The notes beneath the pieces were generated by a model. That model had not been told where the DNA came from. It saw only the letters and a program-made list of their open reading frames with translations, and ran no database searches. A program made the translations under genes and the position numbers. This document shows, piece by piece, positions 33,506 to 42,000 of a DNA stretch of 53,698 nucleotides; position 1 is the first letter of the stretch; each line of letters begins with the position of its first letter. The stretch lies in IMG/VR virus record IMGVR_UViG_3300028925_012628. One strand, given 5' to 3'. The DNA is from a virus.

Positions 33506-35084
33506 GGTACCACCTAAAGCTGTCTTCAAGGAACGTCCTTACCAGAAGGAGGCTAGGGAAGCGGTGCAAGAAGCATTCAAGACAATGAATTCTTGTATCA
33601 TTGAACTGGCTACTGGCCTTGGGAAGACTGAGATATTCACTCAGATTATGGATCAATGGACTGACGGTAGATGCTTAGTCATCGCACCACAGATTACATT
33701 GGTTGCCCAAGCAGCTAGTAAAGTTGAACTTCGTACCGGTGAAAGACCTGGTATTGAACAGGCCAGCTTGTGGTCTGATGAAACTCCATGGGGTAGGAGC
33801 AAGTTTGTTGTGGCCAGTAAGGATACACTGGTGCGTGGTAGGTATGAACGCATACGTGATGTAGGCTTAGTTGTTGTTGATGAATGTCACCTGTCAATCA
33901 CGGAGTCATGGGCCAAGATGCTCATGCACTTCATGGATGATGGTGCCAAGATCATTGGCGTAACAGCTACTGCCAAACGTCACGACAAGCGTAGCATGAA
34001 GAACGTGTACCAAGGGTGTGCCTATCAGTATGGTATCGTTGATGCCATTAAGGATGGGTGGCTGGTGTCAGCTGAGACTAAGTGCATAAACATTGAGTCA
34101 CTTGACCTATCAATGGTAGGTACCACAGGCACAAACATGGGGAGGGACTTCATACAGAAGGAACTTAACCATCAGCTTGAGGATTTGGAAACAGTATATG
34201 AAATCTCCAGTGTTGTTGCTCGTGAAACCATGGGTAAGAAGACTGCCATATACTGTTCCAGTGTAGAGGAGGCCCGCCTAGTAGCGGAGAGACTCAAGGA
34301 TTCATACGACATTAATGCTTCGTGGATTTGTGCAGACACTTCACGGTGTCCAGCAGAACAACGCAGCAGTGCTCTAGAATCTTTTGCAAAGGACCCCGAG
34401 GGGATTTCCCACCTGTGCAATGTCGGTATCTTAACTACTGGGTGGGACTTCCCTGCCTTGGAGGCTCTTGTAATGGCTCGGCCTACCAAGAGTAAGCCAT
34501 TGTATACACAGATATTCGGTAGGGGCACACGTCCCTTGCCTGGAGTAGTGGACTTCGAAGGTTCTACTGCTGAGTCTAGACGTGCTGCCATTGCTGCCAG
34601 TGCCAAGCCAAGGTTCCTGATGATAGATCTTGTAGATGCCACGATGGCACACAAGATTGTTACCAGCCCTGATGTCATGGCAGGTGAGTGGGGCATGGAA
34701 GTTACTGAGCGTGTCAAGGAAAAGCTACTTGAGAATGAGGCAGCCGGTGAACTAGATGAGTTAATGCTCGAGGCTGTGCGTGAACTGACTGATGAGAAGG
34801 AACGCTTAGAGCGAGACAAACGTAAGAGGATAGAGGCGGAGGCACAGTATAGTTACCAAGACGTGGACCCTTTCAGTGGTCGTGCTGGTGCTATCAAGAA
34901 GCGTCCGAAGAAAGAGGCGGGTGCTCGGTTTCCCTTTGGGAGATTCAAGGGCATCCTTGTTAAGAATGTTGAGACATGGTATCTCAAAGGTGCCATCTAC
35001 AATAACAAGCCGAGGCTGACAGTGGGTTGGCTTCGGGGAGCGGTGTTAAAGGAACTTAAAAGGAGAGGCGAGCATGATGAATGA
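33471..35084 (+). CDS. Superfamily 2 DEAD/DEAH-box helicase (ResIII-type) with a C-terminal DUF3820-like tail
   Basis: Track ORF, 537 aa. Motif I ATGLGKT, motif II VVDECH, motif III TATA, motif VI QIFGRGTR. C-terminal FPFGRFKGILVKNVETWYLKG. Confidence 0.85.
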   Translation: MSQPMLWDKVVKVPPKAVFKERPYQKEAREAVQEAFKTMNSCIIELATGLGKTEIFTQIMDQWTDGRCLVIAPQITLVAQAASKVELRTGERPGIEQASLWSDETPWGRSKFVVASKDTLVRGRYERIRDVGLVVVDECHLSITESWAKMLMHFMDDGAKIIGVTATAKRHDKRSMKNVYQGCAYQYGIVDAIKDGWLVSAETKCINIESLDLSMVGTTGTNMGRDFIQKELNHQLEDLETVYEISSVVARETMGKKTAIYCSSVEEARLVAERLKDSYDINASWICADTSRCPAEQRSSALESFAKDPEGISHLCNVGILTTGWDFPALEALVMARPTKSKPLYTQIFGRGTRPLPGVVDFEGSTAESRRAAIAASAKPRFLMIDLVDATMAHKIVTSPDVMAGEWGMEVTERVKEKLLENEAAGELDELMLEAVRELTDEKERLERDKRKRIEAEAQYSYQDVDPFSGRAGAIKKRPKKEAGARFPFGRFKGILVKNVETWYLKGAIYNNKPRLTVGWLRGAVLKELKRRGEHDE

Positions 35085-35445
35085 CTATGACCGTAACATG
35101 TGGTGGATGATTGTCGGGTCTGCATTATCTAGTGAGGAGATGAGGGTGCGTGTGTTCTCTCATATAAATCCTAGTGATTGCAGTGATGTCAGCATCAGGA
35201 AAATACTAACAGCCATTGAGCAAAAGGATTCGAACAACGTCAAGGGTTGCATCAAGGAGATGGGCGTGACTGTTCCAAGGAAAGGTAAGTGCATCACTGA
35301 GATTGTTAAGAAGATGTCGGACGATGCTCAACAGCAGAAGATGAAGAAGATGTTGATGACACTGCATGGTGTTGCCAGCCTCACACCTGATGTGTTTGTT
35401 GACAAGCTGAAGACAATGATAACCGAACTGGAGATGTCGAAATGA
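35074..35445 (+). CDS. Hypothetical protein (123 aa; faint DnaB N-terminal-domain-like pattern)
   Basis: Track ORF; AAAGGAGAGG RBS. Confidence 0.45.
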   Translation: MMNDYDRNMWWMIVGSALSSEEMRVRVFSHINPSDCSDVSIRKILTAIEQKDSNNVKGCIKEMGVTVPRKGKCITEIVKKMSDDAQQQKMKKMLMTLHGVASLTPDVFVDKLKTMITELEMSK

Positions 35446-35621
35446 TATGTAAAAAGTTAGTTGATCAAGATGATGGTGGTTTATGGTACTTGTTCTACGA
35501 CAAGGACTCTGATGAGCAGCCTCGCATGGTTATGTCTGAACGGCAGGCACTGATATTCATGGAGGACATGACAAAAGAACTAGAAGAAAGAGAGGAAGAA
35601 GATGGCTTGCATGACGCATAG
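35442..35621 (+). CDS. Small acidic hypothetical protein (59 aa)
   Basis: Hand-found ORF MICKKLVDQDDGGLWYLFYDKDSDEQPRMVMSERQALIFMEDM...; ATGA overlap with the upstream stop. Confidence 0.45.
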   Translation: MICKKLVDQDDGGLWYLFYDKDSDEQPRMVMSERQALIFMEDMTKELEEREEEDGLHDA

Positions 35622-35754
35622 CTGCCCCTGTGGGCATGACTGGTTTGATAACAAAGGTGGTGGTGATTGTCCTGAGTGTGGCAATGACAAGAACATCGGT
35701 CACCACTTCGATGAAGAAGATATGGATATGGAAGAGGAGGATGAGGATGAATAA
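35602..35754 (+). CDS. Small zinc-ribbon protein with an acidic tail (50 aa)
   Basis: Hand-found ORF MACMTHSCPCGHDWFDNKGGGDCPECGNDKNIGHHFDEEDMDMEEEDEDE. Confidence 0.45.
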   Translation: MACMTHSCPCGHDWFDNKGGGDCPECGNDKNIGHHFDEEDMDMEEEDEDE

Positions 35755-36193
35755 GAAGCTAGAAAAAAAACTAACAACAGCCTACCCTAGGATTTTTACT
35801 GAGCTCGCTAGACCGAGCAGCGGTGGTGATTGGAACATAGGGTGTGGCGATGGATGGTTTGATTTGTTAGATACACTATGTCTGAACATTCAGAATTATT
35901 TTGAATACACGATGGATGAGGATCTCGATCTGGTAGTCACAGACATACATTGTGAACGTGGTGGAATGCGTTTTTTCACAGATGGGGGTGATGATTACAT
36001 CATGGGTTTAATACACATGGCAGAAACCATGAGTGCTAGGATGTGTGAGGAGTGTGGTGAGCGAGGAGAGATAGATATTGAAGGTCGTACCACGTTGTGT
36101 GAAGTATGCAAGGAGCGGGAAGAAGAAGCCCCTGAGCCGCTCGTCAACCGTGTTAGGCAAATTAGAAAATCTAATCGTGCGAGGAACAAATGA
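35747..36193 (+). CDS. Hypothetical protein (148 aa; CGDGW motif and C-terminal CxxC pairs)
   Basis: In-frame ATG in track ORF 35630..36193. The upstream part of the track ORF overlaps two better small ORFs. Confidence 0.55.
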   Translation: MNKKLEKKLTTAYPRIFTELARPSSGGDWNIGCGDGWFDLLDTLCLNIQNYFEYTMDEDLDLVVTDIHCERGGMRFFTDGGDDYIMGLIHMAETMSARMCEECGERGEIDIEGRTTLCEVCKEREEEAPEPLVNRVRQIRKSNRARNK

Positions 36194-36570
36194 GTAATAC
36201 CACAACAAATATAACCCTACTGTATCCACCAAGTGTCAACGGTTACTGGCGTAGCATTGGCCGTGGCCGTGTTATAATTAGCAGTAAGGGCAGACTGTAT
36301 AGGCAGGCTGTCATTGAGGACGTTGCTGCACTAGATTTGCCTGTACTTCAAGGTAGGTTAAAGGTTACCATACAAGCATGGATGCCGGACAAACGTAGGC
36401 GTGACGTAGATAATATAACTAAGGCATTGCTTGATGCACTGACCCATGCGTTGGTGTATCAAGACGACGAACAGATCGATGACCTGCGTATAATACGTAT
36501 GGGCATTGAGAAACCTGGCAGAGTTGATATAGAAATAGAAGAGATAGATGGTTCAATACGCTTATCCTGA
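36190..36570 (+). CDS. rusA: RusA-family Holliday junction resolvase
   Basis: Track ORF, 126 aa. PPSVNGYW, the RRDVDNITKALLDALT motif and VYQDDEQI are all typical of RusA. Confidence 0.85.
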   Translation: MSNTTTNITLLYPPSVNGYWRSIGRGRVIISSKGRLYRQAVIEDVAALDLPVLQGRLKVTIQAWMPDKRRRDVDNITKALLDALTHALVYQDDEQIDDLRIIRMGIEKPGRVDIEIEEIDGSIRLS

Positions 36571-37114
36571 CGCTGACACCTCTGTGGGTGACTGGACCGC
36601 TAGTACTGGCACTGACCGTTATGCGATGATAGACGACGCACACGATGTCGCTGTCGCTACTGCTGACAATACGTATATATCGGTATCTGACGGTGGTGGT
36701 GAACCTGGTGCTGCTCATCCAATCACAGTTAGTCTAGGGTCCACAACAGACCCTGCAAGTGGTGCTTCCCATTCAGTGGTTGTACTGTGGAGTGATGGTG
36801 AAGGCTATGGCCAAGTGACGTTGAACGTGAATCTAAAGGATGGCAGTAGTTCGATAAAGAATGAAAACTTCACAGTGGATACTGGAAGTGCAACGCCTAT
36901 CACCTCTACTATGTCGCTTAGCGCAGCACAGGCAAACAGTATCTCTTCGTCGGGATACGGTAATTTAGGTTTAGTATTAACGTCTACTGACTCTGGTGGT
37001 AGTGCCACTACGAGCGTATACAGGGCTTACTTTGCGTGTCCTGACGCTAGCAGCTCTTCCGTACCAATAGCAGCAATAGCAATGAACACTTACAAACAAT
37101 TGGGGAATAACTAA
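36548..37114 (+). CDS. Hypothetical Ser/Thr/Gly-rich virion-type protein (188 aa)
   Basis: Track ORF; beta-rich composition; directly upstream of the fibre-like gene. Confidence 0.5.
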   Translation: MVQYAYPDADTSVGDWTASTGTDRYAMIDDAHDVAVATADNTYISVSDGGGEPGAAHPITVSLGSTTDPASGASHSVVVLWSDGEGYGQVTLNVNLKDGSSSIKNENFTVDTGSATPITSTMSLSAAQANSISSSGYGNLGLVLTSTDSGGSATTSVYRAYFACPDASSSSVPIAAIAMNTYKQLGNN

Positions 37115-37115
37115 T

Positions 37116-38747
37116 ATGTTTCTAAAACAATCAACAGCATATACATTTCGCATGGGTCCGTTCTTAGATGAGACGGATGGCAAGACAGCAGAGACAGGGT
37201 TGACTATTTCACAAGCAGATGTACGTCTATCAAAAGGAGGCGGTAACTTTGCACAGAAGAATGAATCTACATCAGCTAGTCATGATGAGATTGGTTACTA
37301 TATTGTGCTCCTCGACGCAACGGACACAGCCACAGTAGGTGAGCTGCTTGTAGCTGTCCATGAATCAGGTGCTCTACCTGTATTCAAAACCTTTCAGGTT
37401 GTAGAAGAAGCAATCTATGATGCCATCTACGGTGGCAGTGCTAACCTTATTACCAAGGTAGATGCAATTGATACCGTAGTAGATGCTATCCTCGTGGATA
37501 CTGGCACAACTCTGGATGGAAAGATAAATACTATCGACACAGTGGTTGATTCAATCCTCGTGGACACAGCGGAGATTGGCTCCGCAGGGGCTGGGCTAAC
37601 AGGAGTGCCATGGAACGCAGCATGGGATGCAGAGGTACAGAGTGAATGTGCTGATGCCCTAGTTGCTATAGGTCTTGACCATCTTGTGTCTGCCTCTGTT
37701 GCAGGTAGTGATGTTGTTGACAACTCTATCGTTGCCAAGCTAGTGTCCAAAGAATCTACAGCAGACTGGGATGACTTTGTAAATACTACAGATAGTCTTC
37801 AGGCTCTCCGAGATAGGGGTGACGCTGCTTGGGCTGGTGGAGGTTCTGCTCCAACGGCTGCTGCTGTTGCAGATGCTGTATGGGATGAGGCTACCTCTGG
37901 ACACACAACCTCGGGCACCTTTGGTGAACAGGTCAAGACAGACATTGATGCTATCCTAGTTGACACCGGAACAACCATTCCAGCTACGATAGCTACAGTT
38001 GACACGGTGGTGGATGCCATACTCGTGGACACAGGGACGACACTGGACGTGAAATTAAATAATATTGATGCCTTCCTAGACACAGAGGTGGCAGCAATCC
38101 TAGCTGACACGAATGAACTACAAGGTGACTGGGCAAACGGTGGTAGACTTGACCTGCTGGTAGACTCAATCATATCCAAGGTGGATGTGGTCGATGGCAT
38201 AGTAGACACCGTCCTAGCAGATACTGCTGAGTTGCAAGGTGATTGGGTAAACGGTGGTAGACTCGATCTATTGCTAGACTCTGTGATTGCCAAGGTAGAT
38301 GTAGTCGATGGCATTGTGGACTCAATCCTAGTAGACACAGGCACAACGCTTGATGGTAAGATCAACACCATAGATACCGTCGTAGACTCTATCCTTGTGG
38401 ATACCGCAGTGATTGGCTCAGCTGGAGCAGGATTGTCAGGTGTTCCATGGAATGCTGCGTGGGACGCTGAGGTGCAGTCTGAGGTCGCTGATGCACTGGC
38501 TGCCTATGATCCGCCAACTAAGGCTGAGATGGACGCTATGTGGACCACAGCGGCTACAGAGAGCTATGCGTCTGACGGTGCAGCAGCTACACCGGCCCAG
38601 CTATTGTACATGATACTGTGTGCAGTCAGTGAGTTCTCTGTATCTAGTACCACTATCACAGGCAAGAAGGTAGACGGTAGCACAACTGCCATGACATGGA
38701 CGCTTGATGATGCATCAAGTCCCACCAGCAGAACAAGGGCTAGCTAA
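37116..38747 (+). CDS. Fibre-like protein built from (I/V)LVDT / VDTVVD repeats
   Basis: Track ORF, 543 aa. A 53-aa block at 37488-37646 is repeated at 38325-38483. Two 33-aa LADTxELQGDWxNGGRLDLL units lie between them. Confidence 0.6.
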   Translation: MFLKQSTAYTFRMGPFLDETDGKTAETGLTISQADVRLSKGGGNFAQKNESTSASHDEIGYYIVLLDATDTATVGELLVAVHESGALPVFKTFQVVEEAIYDAIYGGSANLITKVDAIDTVVDAILVDTGTTLDGKINTIDTVVDSILVDTAEIGSAGAGLTGVPWNAAWDAEVQSECADALVAIGLDHLVSASVAGSDVVDNSIVAKLVSKESTADWDDFVNTTDSLQALRDRGDAAWAGGGSAPTAAAVADAVWDEATSGHTTSGTFGEQVKTDIDAILVDTGTTIPATIATVDTVVDAILVDTGTTLDVKLNNIDAFLDTEVAAILADTNELQGDWANGGRLDLLVDSIISKVDVVDGIVDTVLADTAELQGDWVNGGRLDLLLDSVIAKVDVVDGIVDSILVDTGTTLDGKINTIDTVVDSILVDTAVIGSAGAGLSGVPWNAAWDAEVQSEVADALAAYDPPTKAEMDAMWTTAATESYASDGAAATPAQLLYMILCAVSEFSVSSTTITGKKVDGSTTAMTWTLDDASSPTSRTRAS

Positions 38748-39073
38748 TGGCGATTAAAGATATCATTGTACCTGGGTTTATCGGCTCAGGAACTGTTGAA
38801 TACATAGTCAATCGTGGCTTTGAGGCTGACCTTTCAGGTATTGGGCTCGATGTCATTGGTGCTACTAGGTTTGACTTCAACTATGATCAGTATGTTATTA
38901 CCCAGCTTAGTGATGGGACTATCAAACTGAACAAGGGTTATCAGAAGTATGAGATAACCGAAGTCTTGCCAGCAGCCACAGACGTAGTAGCATCCCACTC
39001 ACTTCTATCAAGTGATCAGATTGCATACCAGCTAGGCGACGGCACACTGAAGTTCAGCAAAGGTGTTAGTTAG
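38747..39073 (+). CDS. Hypothetical protein (108 aa), last plus-strand gene
   Basis: Track ORF; TAATG overlap with the fibre-like gene. Confidence 0.55.
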   Translation: MAIKDIIVPGFIGSGTVEYIVNRGFEADLSGIGLDVIGATRFDFNYDQYVITQLSDGTIKLNKGYQKYEITEVLPAATDVVASHSLLSSDQIAYQLGDGTLKFSKGVS

Positions 39074-42000
39074 CATACGCTGCTGCCGTGCGTCTGGCAT
39101 AGGATGCCTTACTGGCCTCACTACCTAGCTTCTTATACAACAGGTATGCTTCAAGCTCGTCCGGCGACAATGAACCCAGTCTATTCTCTGGCACATACAT
39201 CTTACTAAACTTGCTGACGTTTGGATTACGACTGAGGATCTCTTCAATCCTTTGTTGTAGTAACTTATTCCGATTACCAACGAGGTCAGTATCTGTTATG
39301 CGTACACCAGATAATGCTGGAACCGTTCTGGCTAGTATATTAGCCACACTTATATTTCCATCCTCGCCCCTAATGGGTCGCCGTGGCCAGTCGGTTAATG
39401 ACCGAGCAGTTGATACAGCCCTACCATATCCAGGAAGCCTGCTTAACAATGCATCTAACTGGACGCTAGGATACTTAGGCAATTGTTCTGATCCAGATAC
39501 CTGCCCGATTAACCTCGCAGTAGGAGATTTCATTTCCGAGAAAGGACGCTGATGAAAGAACGAGTAATCAGCCATGTGTTCCACGGGTGCCTGCAATAGC
39601 GGATTGGCCCTGCTCATCAAGCCTCCACCAATTCTCTTGACTGTATCTAATACACCATGGCCTGGTTTGAGTAGGCTAAACACATCCTCGGCACCGCCAA
39701 TCATTCCACCCATGTTAGTCAAGTACCGGTTCATTCCTGAATCAGTCTTTCCTAAAGGCACACTAACACCAGTAGATATCCAATCAGGTATTGGCTCGTT
39801 GGGATCTTCCATTGAGCGTTTAGCTGAGGTTAGACCCTTAGTCATCATTGACATTCCACTGCTAGGATTGCTTAGCTCCTCCAAGACAAATGGAATCTGT
39901 CGTCTAGTAAACGTATAGAAGGGAATGATTCTACGGAAGTAATGTCTTTCCATCTGAGACAGTGCCTTGTAGTCCACCTGAGTTAGCTTGACCTTTGCAA
40001 TGGCATCAGGTAGGCTCATACCTTTTCTTAGGTAAGCAATGACAGGAGCCATTCGCAGATAGTATTCTGCCTCGTTTCCAAGTTGGTAACCGGCGGCTCG
40101 GACTCTCTCAGTTCCTCTTCCTAGCTGTCTAAGACCAGGAAGATTTCCACCCAGTTCCTTTTCGGATATAGACATTGCTTCCGTGAGCCTCTCACCAAAG
40201 CTGGTGTTAGGATTAACAGCATCACCTGCCTGATTGATACTAGGGATAATACTTTCCTTAGAATTTAAGAAACTCCCTACTCTATCCGATCCTTCAACAG
40301 CCGTGTCAGACATGTGCTGGCCAGGCCCAAGCAGCTCACCGCCAACAACACCATCAATCAGTTCCTGTGATGCAGCTTCGTCTGACAATCCCCTGCCTCT
40401 GAAGTATTCAACACTACCTAGGCCTTCTACACCATTACCCTTACGCAATGCCTTGGCATCTAGATACGGCTTTATCCACCTCATTGGACCCCACTGGTCT
40501 GGATCAAATGCTCCGCCGTACATGCTGTTAACAAAACCAGAGACAACATTACGGACATGGAATGCTGGCCACATGCTTGTAGCGTATTGTTTAAACAAGT
40601 CAGTGAACCAAATAGTCGCTGCCTGTAGCTCACTCTTAACATCATGCTTAACAAAAGAGCTGAGGTATCTCGTAAGGTCGCCACCTATCTCAGGATCAAT
40701 GACCATATTCTCGAACAGATTCTCGCCATGTTCTTTTAGGAATGAGTTAGAAAATTCATCCGTGTTATATAGAGAACTTCGTGGTATTGGATTGTCTATC
40801 CCCGTTAGGAATACCACCGCATCATCAACAACTTCCTCAACAGCCTCAGCAACAGCAGGCTTAGGGGATATCTTGGGTAGCACTGTCTCCGAAACATTTC
40901 CAGGTACCGTACTCAACGCCCTCGTAGGTGGCAGCTTAGTAGGGATGTCCTGAATGTTCAGCTTTCCAAATCCTGGAATAGAAGATGCTTGGTCTATCAG
41001 ACTTTGTGTTGAGCCTTGAGTACCTGTAGTGGGTAGAAGGTATGCATTGTTCTCACCATTTACCCAGCTATTTACCCACTCTGCTTCAGTTCTTGTTCCA
41101 TCTACTGCGGAATGGGGGTCGTACATCTTCGGAGCTGGCAAGCTATCCACCTGCTCTTTAGTTAAGACATACACGTTCATGTGTCTCTGAGGCTTAGGTG
41201 GAACTTGGGCAGCGGCCTCAATGTTTTCTAGGATAGTCTTTTCTATACGATGCTGTCCATGAATAACAACTACCTCACCGCCAGGCAATGTAATAGCCAT
41301 TGCAGGGTTATTGGAATTTGCCTTCTCTGTCATCATCTCTAGCACGTCGTCAGAGTACTCATTGTCTATGTAGTAACTACGCAGTGCTGGCACATCTTCT
41401 GGTTTAACTATCGTTGATTTTATATCAAGCCTGGTGGTCGCAATGTATGCTTCGAATACATCTATATCTTTACCACCTACTGTTACCACCATCTCGCCAG
41501 CGTCTGGGCTTTTAATATCTAGAGACTTTGCTATGTCAGATAGATTTTTCTGATCAACAACTACGGGAACTCTCGCCCCGCTAGCATCTATTGTCCAATG
41601 CTTCTTCTGTCCTGTCATTGCGTCACCAACTTGGTCACGCAATGACTCAAGGTCATTCACCACCTTGGGAGTCAAAGCGTTGGTTCTTCCTATGACTCTT
41701 TCTATCTCTGCCATTAGGTCACGGCCACCACCAAACCCAAGCACAAATTGGTTTGGCATCTCAGGTGGCTTCACCTGACTAACACCATCATCAAAGTATT
41801 CAACCAACTCCTCGTAATCTTGTGACACATGGCCCTGTAGATGTGCGTTCTCTATAGTATCTATCTCATCTAACTCAAGATACGGTTGCAGTTTTTTAGG
41901 GATAGTAACAACTAACTCATCCATATTATCGGCACTTACCAATGGACCTATCTCTTCTTTTGGAAGAGGTGCTTTGCCTTTATTGATATCATCCAAAGCC

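Noticed and set aside
34172-34819. A 215-aa antisense ORF lies inside the helicase gene.
   Set aside because: It is Ser/Arg-rich with no RBS and lies entirely opposite a motif-supported helicase CDS. It is a typical shadow ORF.
35630-35746. The N-terminal extension of track ORF 35630..36193.
   Set aside because: It overlaps a better zinc-ribbon ORF (35602..35754) in another frame. The in-frame ATG at 35747 begins a recognisable conserved N-terminus (MNKKLEKKLTTAYPRIF).
37799-38371. 190-aa (37799..38371) and 107-aa (37427..37750) antisense ORFs lie inside the fibre gene.
   Set aside because: They are generated by the repetitive GAC/ACC-rich coding sequence. They have a low-complexity S/T composition and no start context.
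37488-38483. The repeated blocks in the fibre gene might be a diversity-generating retroelement template/variable repeat pair.
   Set aside because: No reverse transcriptase is present in the window. The differences are spread over all bases at synonymous positions rather than being adenine-specific and non-synonymous.
40234-40953. Plus-strand ORFs lie inside the giant minus-strand genes: 40234..40953, 42489..42932, 47127..47765, 49435..49908, 50349..51020, 53054..53557 and others.
   Set aside because: All lie opposite or out of frame within long, uninterrupted minus-strand ORFs. They have S/L/P/C-rich shadow composition and lack ribosome-binding sites.
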